DNA of 64,000 bases from Dimorphilus gyrociliatus (taxonomy: Eukaryota; Animalia; Annelida). The stretch's first letter is position 1; each line of letters begins with the position of its first letter. A program made the position numbers and the translations under genes. Shown here piece by piece: positions 1 through 12,447 of this stretch. The stretch spans positions 372,001 through 436,000 of the forward strand of contig CAJFCJ010000008.1 of assembly GCA_904063045.1 (NCBI GenBank). The letters run 5' to 3'. The notes below the pieces were generated by a model. That model did no database searches and was not told the DNA's origin. It saw only the letters and a list, made by a program, of their open reading frames with translations.

Positions 1-1101
1 ATTTCATTCTTTTGAAGTTTTGACCACGCCATCTAGATGCTATACAGGCAATCTAAAGTAAGGCTTAATTAGGAGAGATTAGTTACTTGAACCAATAAGA
101 TTGTAAAGAATGTAAATTAGAAAGAAAAATAACTATTTACGAAGACAAAATGATGAATAATTTTAACTTTTTTACTTTGAAAAAAAAGAGTAAAAGGTTC
201 AGATAAAGGGAGAGAGGCAATGGAAATTAACATCGATCCCTTCCTTACACCGGAAAGACTGTAACCTAAAAGAGAGGAACAAGAAGTGTAACGGTGATTC
301 TTTTTTCTTTTAAATTACCTTTTATGCCTTTACTCCTTTCATTATATTAACAGTACGTCAACTTCTACAATCAAAAAAGGTTTTTGGTATGAAAAACTTT
401 GAACTCGAAAGGGATAAAAATAACAACGATTTCGTGTTATATTCTTAGCTGTTTATTAAGAGGACAAAGGTCTATAACTTGCAAGTAAATATGAAAGACT
501 ATTTCTGTTTAAATAGAAATTATTAAACGAAAATTGAAGTAAGAAGAAGATGGCGCCCCATGCTAATTGTGCTTTCTTTTCAAGGGCACACCAAAGATCT
601 GTAAATGAAGATTAGATGATTAAAGTAGGAGGTCACATGACTGAAGGAGGAAGTCCGAACCGGATTAGCTCCAATTAAACGCAAAAAAAACACATTGACC
701 CCTTTAATCCCCTTTGAAATTATCTCACAACGTTTCTCATTAATTGCTCGTATAATCGTCGTTAGGAAGTTACCAAAACGACATCTATTGTCAACAAACG
801 CCATCTAACTATCTAAAAATAAACATCAGCCGCCACAAATCGAATATAACGCTTTTCCGTTTGTCCTTTTCGACGTCGTGTCAAAGAATAAATTAGTCTT
901 CTCTGATTTTGGAACGTAGAACAAATATAAACGGGACTACGACCGGACGTCTTCGTGTGTTTCGTTTATGCAAATTGTTTCGCGCCAGCGACCCCAAACG
1001 ACTTTTCGGAATTCACATTCGTTTGCCTAGTTTGTACAAGATTTTACTTCAGTTCGTCTCTTTAGGCCTAATCAACAAGGAAAAAGATTTCAGAAGAAGT
1101 T

Positions 1102-2146
1102 ATGGATAGGGCGCAGTTAGCGTTCATGTTTATCGGCTTTCTTCTTATTTTACAACCGGCTAATAGCTTCGACAAAGCTAGTTATTGCGTAATGGCCTGC
1201 CAAAGAGGAACCGGGGGTAATTTTTGTCAGTGTAGAGCAAGTCACTTCGCCGGGAAAAGAAAACGTAACGAAGCAGAAGAAATGGAGAAGGTTAAGGATT
1301 TAAGGTAGGCAATTTTTTTTCCTCTTTCTCTTTCTTTTTTTTTTAAACCAAAAACAGATAATTTCACATTTATTACTTGAAACTTTAAATACTAAGTATT
1401 ACAAAGTAACAACACTCAAACGTGCAAAAAAGTACATTTATTAAGTTATTTCCAATTGAAATATTCTTTATATGGACTTTTTTCTCTTTTTCATCATTTA
1501 TCAAAAAAAAGCCTATATTCAAAAGTCTAAAACTAGTTATATTTATTCTATTTATTTATATATAATCAATCGACACGTTATTGTTTTTTAAAAGCTTTGT
1601 AGGTGGTCATAATTGCTTTTATAATCGAGCATTTAAGCAGAAAATTATCTATCCGACATTTTTATTTCTAAATTTCATAATTATTATCTCATAAAGTATT
1701 CAAAATTTTCACTATGCTATTTTCTCTCTTCCCTCCCTTTGTTATTGTTCGTCTCTATCGTTAGACTGTTTTCCGTCATCATAAATGCTATATTCTTAGC
1801 CTTTCCATCTCCGATACGATTTATCTCTCTTTCTTACTCATTCATTCATTCTCACTTTCTTACTCATTCATTCATTCTCACTTTCTTTTCTCTCTCCTTC
1901 CTCCCTCTCCCCCCCTCTCTCTCTCTCTCTCTGTCTCTTAGAACACATTGGTAAGTCTTATAGAGATGAATTCCTTAAATTTCTTTCTCTTTTTATATAA
2001 CATCGATAATTTTCAATTATTTTATCTATTGAAATTTCCTTTGAGGAAGCGAATCATATTTTGACCGTCTAGCGACATTTTACCTAAACAGGCCTGTCGA
2101 CGCCCTAAGGCCGAACGTACTAAAGTTTTTGGGGAGTTTTTTTTAG
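1102..2146 (+). CDS. Cys-rich amidated neuropeptide precursor (HFAamide-like). First coding exon 1102-1304; probable further exons 1942-1950 and 2092-2146 (3' end uncertain)
   Basis: Hydrophobic signal peptide MDRAQLAFMFIGFLLILQPANS, then FDKASYCVMACQRGTGGNFCQCRASHFA-G-KRKR (4 Cys, amidation Gly, multibasic cleavage site). GT donor at 1305. Downstream exons have canonical splice sites and keep the frame. Confidence 0.8.
1942..1950 (+). other. 9-nt microexon (AACACATTG) of the neuropeptide gene
   Basis: Preceded by a >100-nt pyrimidine tract ending in TAG and followed by a perfect GTAAGT donor. Frame-preserving between the phase-2 exon end at 1304 and the acceptor at 2091. Confidence 0.6.
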
Positions 2147-4782
2147 AAAGTGATTATTCGCACCCTTTCATATAGAGAGACTTTTTTGCATCTATTTGAA
2201 ATTCCATTGTTTAATGATAGGGAGAAAAGTCTAAGGTTGAAAACTTTTATAATAAATTCTCTCTGTTTAGTAATTATTTTTTTGAGTTTTTGCTCTTTAT
2301 CTTTCTCTTTATCCCCCCCTCTCTTTCTCTCTCTCCCTCTCTTTCTTTCTTTCTCTACCTCTAAACGCGAAAAAAAAGAGAAGAAAAGGGAATGTTCTCT
2401 ATTTTTAGTCAAAAAGAAACAATATTTATTGAATTCATAAAAAATATGATGCAGTAAATTCACATTTCCATAAATTTCCTACAAGAATATTTCTGTTCAC
2501 ACTGTTATTTAAAATAATTTCTCTTTCTCCACTTTTTACAGCATTTTATATATATTTATGAATATTCATGAAAATAAACATTAATTCATGCAAAATAGTT
2601 ATTTATGTTTACCGTCTCTATAAACTTTATAGGGTTTGTCTGAAGGAAACAAATGATTTTTTAACGTGACACTCATTAATAAAATTGTATAAAAATAATT
2701 CTACAATAAATAAGCTACTAGCCGACATTGTAGTCAAAAACTTGAATATATTAAACACATTATAATCATTTGTCTTTCTTTTTATTTTTCAAATAGGTTA
2801 ATCAAACGTTTCCTTATCGAAGAAATAAGAAGGCAAGAAAGGCAGAAATAACAAATGTTAACTATTATGGCAAGATTACATAAGAACAAAAAAATAAAGA
2901 AAAAAAAACCCTTCCCAAAAAAATAAAGGAATAAAAAAAAGAAAGAAAATGGAAGTAATGGAAGAAAAAAAAAAAAAAAAAAAGAAATAGATCGAAGTAT
3001 AGTATAATCTCGTTTATCCAAAATTGTCAAATATTTAAGTATACTATTAGATAGTTTAATAAAAAATTTCAATTTTAACTTTTATCTTAAAATCAGAAGA
3101 AAAGTCAAAGAGAGAGGATGGAGTGGCGGAGAAGGAAAAGTTAGACGACAGCATATATATATATATATATATAAATTTTAAAGAGGCGTATCTTACCGTA
3201 GTTTTTTAATTTGTTTTTTTGCTCTTTTTTTCTTCATTGTTAGAAAGAGGAGAAGAAAAGATAAAAGAAAAAAAAGAGTATTTAAAAGACGACAGTATAA
3301 AACAATTGGTTAAACGATATTGTACTATATACAAAAAAAATCGTATCTTAAGATATATATATATATATAAATATATATACATATATATATACATATGTAT
3401 ATATATATACCGTATATGTGTGTTTTAATTGTCTTTGATTTCACGTGCAAACTATAAAAAAATTATAATTTAGAATAAATTTCTATGATATTTTACTGTT
3501 GATTAATAAATTATATACAGTATATGTATATATATGCATATATAATTTATATACATATATATGTATATACTGTATATGTAAGAATAATTTAATTAAGTAA
3601 AACCTTTAATTATTTGAAATGAACGGTAAAAGGTCAAGTTATCTATGAAGAACAAAAATCAGATGTATTAAAAAGCTTTAATTATCCACTCATTTTAATG
3701 TGATGTACTATTTATATACAATGAATAATTTAAGGTTATATCCAATACATACTATATATACATATATAAATAACCCTTAACGTATATCACACTTTTATTA
3801 TTCAATCCTTACTTTGTCGGACAAAAAAGCAAATTATTTGCTAGACGTCAAAGTATATTGAAAATAGACTGAATACTGCTAATAAAAGAAAATTTGCATC
3901 TTGACAAATTTATTCTTCAATATTGTTCAATAATTCATTTAAAAATAGAAAGGAGATGCTCTTCGTTTAGCTGTATCTCTCTTCCCCCCTCTCTCTCACT
4001 CTCTCTTTATATATATACTGTATATAGTGAATAGTTTTATTATAATTCATCTAAAACTTTACTCATTTCTCATCAATTTTGTCAATTTTCCCTTAATCTA
4101 AGGAGTTTGTAACTCCATAATAGCAATAACGCAGTCAGTTTACGAACGTCGTCAGCTAAACCAATAACATAATATAGTAGCGATATAGGACTATAAAGTG
4201 TCTATCGTTTGATTTTAAAGTACGCCTCAAAGTACAACGGTCTGAATTACTTTTTTTTTTAAATTTTCAATTATTTTCATATATTAAATGACTTATGAAT
4301 ATATAACTTTTTGGGGCAACAGATGTATTAAGCGCCATCTAAAGTTTGTATCATGTAGGTAAAAGTTGAAAAAAAGTGATATTTATTAAAGCTAGTATCA
4401 CTTATCAACAATTCTATATGAAAGCAAAAAAAAACTATCTTTTTATCACTCTTCCGTTAACTAAACGTGTAGAGCGCTTTCATTTTATCTATTCCGCCTA
4501 CGTATGTTGCTGCCTTTCTTCCTCTCTCTTCCACTCTCTTTCCGAGTTTTTTTTATATTACATCTGCCCGCTACCCATGCTTGAACACTCACTGTTCAAA
4601 TACAGATGTTCCCATCGATTAACATCGTATCGTAGTCATTTCGTGAGCGGCAACGCCACTCGAAAAAAGAAATCAGATAAACAAGCCAACTTAGATAAAA
4701 AAATTTTTTCAAACGTTCAAGAGATACCACGTGCCACCTTCTCATTCGCAGGCCATTTGCTGAATCACACCCGGCTTTACCC

Positions 4783-4813
4783 TATAAAACAGCGACGATT
4801 GTTCACTTTCAGC
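4783..4813 (+). promoter_or_regulatory. TATA box and Inr-like element, probable pri-mir-375 promoter
   Basis: TATAAAA at 4783-4789 and TCAGCA at 4808-4813, ~130 nt upstream of the hairpin in a CpG-richer segment. Confidence 0.45.
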
Positions 4814-4920
4814 AAGTGTAAGATGATGCGAATATTGGAAAATTCATTTCAATAGAAGGATTTAAAGAGAATGAGCCAGTATAGAACCAAACTAAGAATT
4901 ATACGGATTGAAACTTAATT

Positions 4921-5013
4921 TGACTAACGTTACAAGCGCGAACCGTTTGAAACAAGGCTGAAAAGGAGAAAAAAGATTTTGTTCAATCGGCTCGCGTTCT
5001 GTTCGTTCAGTTA
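4921..5013 (+). ncRNA. mir-375: pre-miRNA of the mir-375 family (mature 3p ~4978-4999, UUUGUUCAAUCGGCUCGCGUUC)
   Basis: Closely matches the recalled miR-375 sequence (UUUGUUCGUUCGGCUCGCGU..). The 5' arm 4935-4957 pairs with the 3' arm 4977-4998 with one bulge and two mismatches, around a ~19-nt purine-rich loop, with a lower flanking stem. Confidence 0.85.
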
Positions 5014-5127
5014 CAATCAACGAAATATTTCATAATTGCGGTATACTAAGTATTTTAAACAAGAAAATATTGTTTTTTTAATGTACTATATATTTATTTA
5101 ATTATTTTATATTACAACTAATGATTT

Positions 5128-7750
5128 CTATTCATTTTGACCATTTTTCCGCTCTTTCTTACCAGCAACATAAAGCTCTCGTTGCGGTCGATCCTGAATT
5201 AAAAAAAGGGGTACAATTAATATACAAGTTTTTAAATTTACCAAACTCAAAGAGGGAATATCGATGACTTACTCGATTTCGAACTTTATCTCCTCTATTT
5301 CGGGATTTTTCCTCCGAATGAGGTTTACGTCTGGTAAGAAAAATTATTTAAATTAACAAAGCGTTTTACATAATATTATACTCGATAGAATAAATGCTAA
5401 ATAAGTAATCGTTTCTTGAAAATCTTAGATGTTTTTCTATTATAAATAAAGCCTACGCAACGCAATAAAAATAAACGTTTAAATCTTAATTAAAAAGGGA
5501 ACATAATAGATTTTATTGTTAAGTATAATATATTTTTTATTATCTATAACAATGATCAAGAGTATACTCTTTAGTTGGTATTGCTAAAATTATCTATTAA
5601 AATAGCAAATACCATGCTTTTCGAATTATAGAAAAATGGTCTACATTGTGTAGACGACTGAAGGCAATAAATTGACAGTCATATACCATTGATTTACATG
5701 CCGTGGATTTAAGTTTATTTTGTAAAATATAACTGTAAAGAATATATAAATTATACTGTACATAGCTATAGACTCAATTGAATAGAATAAAAAACTTAAT
5801 CGAAATTATCTGATCATATTTAATTTTAAAAATTTTCCATATGGTATAACAAGTTTTTTCAATATTCCTGTGCAATAGGTAAAATTAGGTATAGTAAGTC
5901 GTCAAATTCTACTTAATCATTTAACATAATTACAACAGCCAATACAAGATAGTAAGTTTTACTACATTCTCGGTGTACTTTACTTATTGATTAATCAATG
6001 ATCTCATTAACTTTGTTTGTTTTAATGAGAATAATGACCTAAATATTTTTTTAGAACTAAAAATTTTTTAAGTAAAAAAGAAACAGGCGTGGCGTAGTAT
6101 AGGAACATTTTGCTTTCTATCTGCTTAATGACAAAGACCACTTAAAAATAAAATATGAGAGAAAAAAAAGGCAGTGCCGTAACACGTGGATCTATAAATC
6201 TTGTTTTTTTCGTCGTTGGTTTTTAAATTATTGTATAGGAAACTGAATGATTACCTATCTGAACTTCTGTAATAAGACGATGATTTTGTTCTCGATGTTT
6301 TTTCAGGACGATCACTAGACTTTGCAGAAGACTGTAAAAAAAATAAATAAGACAAGGGATTACTTTAGTTTACACTTGCTTAGCTCCGACACTATTTTTA
6401 AATAATAAGATAAATTGAAATATATTCCTTGAAATGGTGACGCCATCTATTGAAAAGTTACTAAAAATAAATAATAATCGTAAGTTGTATAATTATCATA
6501 ACGCTTAGTAGTCGTTATTCTTTAATGAAATAAATAAGATAAAGTTACCCTCAATGATGACCCATCGTCCGCGTTGTTATCCTCTCTATCTCTCTTAGAA
6601 AAATTCTCATCTCCTGAGCTTTTCTTAGGCTCCGAATGTTTCTCTGAATGTCTATGTGCTTTTTCTCTTTTCCTATGGTGCTCATCATCTTTCCTTTCCC
6701 GATCCCTTTCCCTCCTTTCTTTTATTTTTTTCTTCTTTTCAATTTCTTTTCGTTCTTCTGCCTCTCTTCTACGCTGTTCTCTATTCACTCTTTCGACTCG
6801 AACTCTCTGTTATTAATATTAAATTCGATAAAAGTTTACAATGTTTTTAGATTATGAAAACATAATACAGCCTATTTCAAGTCCATTTCCCTATTTAACA
6901 CTAACCTGTCGCTCTTCTCGACGACGTACTAATGACATTATTAAAGGTGTTGTTTGTTTCGCAATATTTTCTGTAGATTCGAACTCAATTAGTATTTCTT
7001 AATTAAGATAGAATAAAGAAACCTTTCTCTTTAGCTTTATTATCAATCTCGGTCAACATTTGCTCCAATCCAATATGTGTTATTGGTTTTGATGAGAGAT
7101 TGTCGAGAAATTTCAAGTAATCTGAATCTTCATAATAAAACAATATTTACGTATTATTGTTTGGGTTATGTAGAATTATTTACCATTTTCAATAGTATTT
7201 TTACGAGAATCCTCTTTTTTAGCTTTCCTACTTATTTTTTGATAGGGTGTGTATTCTACCATGGCTTGATATTCATTACCTGTCATTTAGGAAATTCATT
7301 TTTATTCAAAAAGATCAATAGTTAAAGTTTTTCATTATTTACCTCTGGCGTCAACAAATACATATCCATCAAACTTACTCGAGAAGGAGAAGAGGCTGTC
7401 TTGATCTTTGAATGCAATGTAGGCTCTGCTATAAGCATTTTGTCCCAAACTGTGTTCGATTTATAAACAAATTGTTATATTGGCAAATTCTTTTATAACT
7501 ACACTTGCCTTAAATCTGCTTTACAAAAGCGGAAATAGTTATGTTCAGGTAATGGTGAAACTTGTTCGATAAACGTGTCTTTGGTCAAAGAAGGTGGTAA
7601 ATGACGAATTACAACCTTTAAGAGAAATTACGAATTTAAAAACCTCTTCAGAAATATGACTACGGTTAATACCTTTAGAGGAGCTTCTGGTTTATCTCTC
7701 GTTTTTCCCCCTTCCTTAGAATCAGTCTTTCCCGACTTACTACTAGACAT
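5128..7750 (-). CDS. UPF3: Regulator of nonsense transcripts 3 (UPF3), multi-exon
   Basis: Spliced translation MSSSKSGK...KVVIRHLPPSLTKDTFIEQVSPLPEHNYFRF..AYSRAYIAFKDQ..KFDGYVFVDARGNEYQAMVEYTPYQK gives the RRM-like UPF2-binding domain. It also has TTPL, a charged coil and a C-terminal VRNRDRPQRELYVAG resembling the EJC-binding motif RIRNKDRPAMQLYQPG. Confidence 0.93.
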
Positions 7751-7942
7751 TATATTTTTTAACCCAATTTAGTTAAATATTTATGCTTTAATATATATTC
7801 ACATAAATATATCTGTTATCATTCGACAGTTTTCTTAACGAAAAATTTAAAGACTACCAGTTTTCGGTATGAGTCATATCAGATTTTTACAGATTCTCTC
7901 TGTTGACAACTAGTATTACCGAAAAATATCATAACTTGCGAA

Positions 7943-10900
7943 ATGGATGTGAAAAATAATAAGCAAAGACAACGAAGATACAACCAAAGGCATCAAAACA
8001 ATTCAATCAGTTCGGATCCAGTTAAAAACATTGTTCTAAAGGAAGGTAGAACGGCGCGAAATCTCATAGCCTGGAATGTGCCGCTAAATCGCTATAAAAG
8101 ACGTAGTTCTTCCGAAACTAAGTCTGCACCTCCTAACTTTAGGTCGAGAACACCACCTATATCTAATGGACTAAGTGATAGTTTGAACAGTTCAACAACA
8201 AAATTTAAGTTAGTTTTTCAATTCCTATATTCATCATATACATCCGATATTCATTAGCAAGAAGCCATATTCATCATCATTTTATTATTCTAGATTTGAA
8301 GGCATAAAGAAATCAAATCTTCAGTTTATCTTTGTTTGTCCAATGGTTACAATGATTACTTTTTTTTCATGTTTAAACTCGTTTTCTTGCTGTAACTAGT
8401 ATTATAAAAAAAAAAACAAAACAATATACTTCCCAAGGTAGCGTAATCTTTTAATAGAATGTATAAAATATTACAGTACTCTAGAATGTTCTTACATGTT
8501 TGCTACATTGTAGAATATCCTCATTTTCGTTTTGTTTAATAATACCTCTTTTTTTTATCAGGAAATCATCCGATGTGCGAGCGAGATATTGGGCATTCCT
8601 ATTCGATAATCTAAGACGAGCCGTTGATGAAATTTACCAAACCTGTGAACATGATGAAAGTGCTTTGGAGTGTAAAGAAGTTATCATGATTATGGAACAA
8701 TGTACCAACGATTTTAAATCCCTTATCACTAGGATGAAAGTTATGAAAGAATTTGAAGAATCGGATAAACCAACTCCAGTTGCATGGGAAGTTCGTAAGA
8801 TATCTCCAAATAAAGCGACTCAGTCCCAAACAGCTGTTAATGGAGAACGATCCTGCGCTAAGAAGATTAGTTATTCGGATGCTGTATGTGGGAAAAATAG
8901 CGTAGACGTTTGCCAGAGTACTGATTCAAATCCAACTGATGATGAAAACTGGAAGACTGTAGAGAGGTCATCTAGATCTCGGGTAAAAAATACTCCTGAA
9001 AAGAGAAATGAAGAAATGGAATGGCAAGACTTAGAAGATGAGTATCGCGAATATTCTGGAAAAAGTTGGAGTGATTTATATGATGCGGAGATAGAAGCGG
9101 CAAGAACTCCTGGAAGAGTTGTTCATATGCATGAAAAATTGTCCTCTCCAGCTCGCCGATGTTCGACGACAGAAGTACAAAGACGTCATGAACTAAAACA
9201 AGAAAAAGCTCAGGAACTCAGAAATAAATTACAAAAAGAAATCACCGATAAAATGAGAGGCAAGTGGAATAAAGTTGAAAATGTAAGAGCCTCGAAAGAG
9301 AAAATTCGTCAATGGAGACGGGAAAAAATTCAAAAACGACAGGAACGGGCTGAAAAAAATCGTAAACAAACTATAGAAAAGAGAGTAAAGAAGGCTAAAG
9401 ATGAAGAAATTAAGGGAAGAGAGATAGCTTTTATTCAAAGTTTAGAAGAAACTCACAAACGACACGATATAATGAATAAGGATAAAGATTGCGAGGCACG
9501 TCTAAATGATCTACAAGCCGAACAGGTAAGAAAGCGAGAAGAAAAAGCTGCAAAAGAAGCTGCTGCAGAAGCTAGGAGAAAAGATTTGGAAGCAGAAAGA
9601 CAAGCAAAGTTAGTTGAACTCCAAGAAAAGAGAAGGCAACAGGAAGCGGAAAGAGAAGCGCGACAATTGCAAAAAGATGCAGAACGAGCACAAGCGGCCA
9701 GAAATAAAGAAAGAGAAAGAACCGAACGCTTAGCGACACTTGAAGCCCAAAAACAAGAACAAATACGTACCTTACAACAGCGAATAGAAAAAAAACAGAC
9801 AGAAAGCGCTAGAAGACATATTGAACATTTGGAGGGTAAGAGAGAGAAAGCTTTTGAAATGTCTGTTGTAACACATTCAACAACTGATGAAACATTGGAT
9901 ACAAAACCTATTTTAACGCCGTATGATAAGAAAAAATTATGCACTTTATGCGGCGTTCTTATCACTTGTGAAGTACAACTGCAATCTCATCTGAGAGGTA
10001 AAAGACACATGCAGGCGGTGAAAGAAAAGTTAGGAAGTGATCAGTTTGTACAAAGAGATTTAGAGAATGTTAATCTGCAGCACATGTCAGATGTGCCTGC
10101 GGATAGGCCCGACCTTCAACAAGAATCTGAAAAAGAAAGGCAAAAAGTTCTAAAACGTAGGTTGAAAAAATTAAGACAACGTATGTCGAATAGAGCGTCA
10201 GCTTTTGAGAAAGAGAATAGAACAGAAACTGGTGAAGCGACTTTGAATGGAAAGTAAGTTTTTCTTAACAAATAGGGAAATTTGCAAAGAATAATCTTAC
10301 TCTATTTTTAAGGTTGAAAAAGCTATTATTAGACATATCACGAAACAACGGACAATGTCCCAACGAGCGGACACTAAATGAGCTAATAAGATGTCTCTCC
10401 TCTTCAGTAAGTATATTTTAGAGCGGAGAGTATAGCAATAAATCAATTAAACTTGATTTTTTTTCACTATCAAGACTCTACAGTCCAAGCAATCTTCGTC
10501 GATAGCGAAGCGTCTGTGTCAAAATGCCCTTAACTCTACATTTTTCAAACCTCCTTTGAACATAAAGTCTCTTCATCTAGCTGCTAACGCCCTGAATCAC
10601 TTAGTCCAAAGCGACTCCGAAATGTCCTCGTATTTACTGAAGAGCAATCACATTTCAGTAATTATTGACCTCCTTTCAAAGCAATTGGTCCATATTTATC
10701 AATCAACCGAGCAAAAAGACCAGGACGAACTTCTTCTAGCTGAACGTCTCTTTCAAATAATTGCCACCACCTTCTCCAAAGCTCCTAATTCGATCTCGAT
10801 CGACGCTTTTAGTTATTTAATTTGTGCGAGTATTTTGGATACACTAGCTAATATAATGAGAAGCCTTTCTTTGGAAGTAGAGGGTGTTTGGTCATTTTTC

Positions 10901-11709
10901 AAGGAAGGTTTAAACATGATAACCGAGATTTCTAGACAAGCCAATCTGAATGACCAAAATAAAGAAGAATTTCTTACAACCGTCCGATCAACAGACTTAT
11001 TAGAAGTGGTCACTTTAATGTATAGTGTCCTTCTCTACTTAGGCGAGAAGGAGCTGGATGACCAAGTTGCCTCTTTATTATGTCAAGCTCTAGAATTCGT
11101 CAATACTCTGGCTTTGGTGGACTTGAAAACGCTTCAGGTAATTATATTATTTATTCAATCGCTTTCACTAAATGTAAAATTTTTTGACTTATTTGGATCC
11201 ATAGAATATGTTATGCGTAGAGGGAACGTGCTTAGAATTACGGCATCTTGCAGCGTTTATACTCAAACAACCGAAGCATGAGAGTCTTGTAAATAAAATT
11301 ATCACAGCTGTTGGCTTCTTCACGAGCCAATGTGTTGATGCCCAGGTATGAATAATTTATTATACATCTCTCATAAATTTATTTCTTAAATAAATGTTTA
11401 CTTTCCCAACAGACGGCACTCCAGACTGGTCAATCTCCTACGGTTTTACAGTTATTATCTTCTTTACCAGTAGATTATTTTACTCAAGTATCGCTAATGA
11501 AAGTACTTATGCCTACTTTGATTGCCGCCACTTATGAAAATCCAGCTAATTTAAAAATAATTAGCACTGAAGTGTCTCCAAGTCTCCTAGTCTCATTTAT
11601 AAAAGATGAAATACGTCTAAAATCTGATGAAAATAAACTACTACATCTGTCTCATCGATTACCCATTGTCGAATGGGAGTCAGCTATCGAATACTTTTCC
11701 AAACATTAA
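7943..11709 (+). CDS. SCAPER: S-phase cyclin A-associated protein in the ER (SCAPER), multi-exon
   Basis: EGRTARNLIAWNVP; RYWAFLFDNLRRAVDEIYQTCE; long E/K/R coiled coil; C2H2/U1-type finger CTLCGVLITCEVQLQSHLRGKRH; C-terminal LIAATYENPANLKIISTEVSPSLLVSFI..LSHRLP..W. Confidence 0.95.
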
Positions 11710-12447
11710 TCGGACGAGAGGCGTTTTATGTTTATTACAAATATTATTTGCTTTATTTTTCTTGACTCATTTCCAAAGACTATGTACTGAATGCAATCAA
11801 ATTTTTTATATTCTATACTTTATTTATAGAAACGAATAAATTTAAGTTAACAAGATAAAGTAAAAATAAATATAACTGTAACCTTAGTATAAGAGGTTAG
11901 TTAAGTAACTATCCTAACTGTAAGAAATGCATTCTTAGCAGTAATAAGAATTGACGGATAATAGGGTAAAATTAAAACTGCAAATGTATTTAGAAAGCAA
12001 GCTTATACGAATGGTTCAAACTCGAAAGCTAAAATTAATGTATTAGATGATTCTTTTATTGAATTGGCACAATATTTATCCAAAGAAAAAAGAATATTTC
12101 ATCTAAAAATACAATACATAACCTTATTTCGTTCTTGCAAATATTATAACATTTTCAATAATGCAGCTGTTATAATATTAGCCAATTTCGTATTGACCAA
12201 CAATATTCTCTTTTCTTTTGACTCTTTGTCAAATGTTAATTACTTATTATAGAGTATTTTTTTCTTTCAATTGTCTTAAAAGGAGAATAATTAAAAAAAA
12301 GCAAAATTGCCATTATAAAGACATAAATAGCATTTACGAATAAAACGTTTGTAACCATATCTTGTTTATATGGTAATTAAATTAAAAAAAAGTGAACTTT
12401 CACTTAGTTAAAAATCATTTCTAAAATATTAAAATTAATAATACTTT

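Noticed and set aside
2143-3428. Several 60-106 aa ORFs on both strands
   Set aside because: Products of A/T, GA and TA low-complexity tracts. A few short + strand segments (~2792-2850, ~4100-4170) might be further neuropeptide exons, but I could not join them reliably.
4376-4855. 159-aa plus-strand ORF
   Set aside because: Non-ATG start, no domain pattern, and it overlaps the putative mir-375 promoter.
8611-9965. Minus-strand ORFs of 69-170 aa
   Set aside because: Antisense shadows of the SCAPER coding exon.
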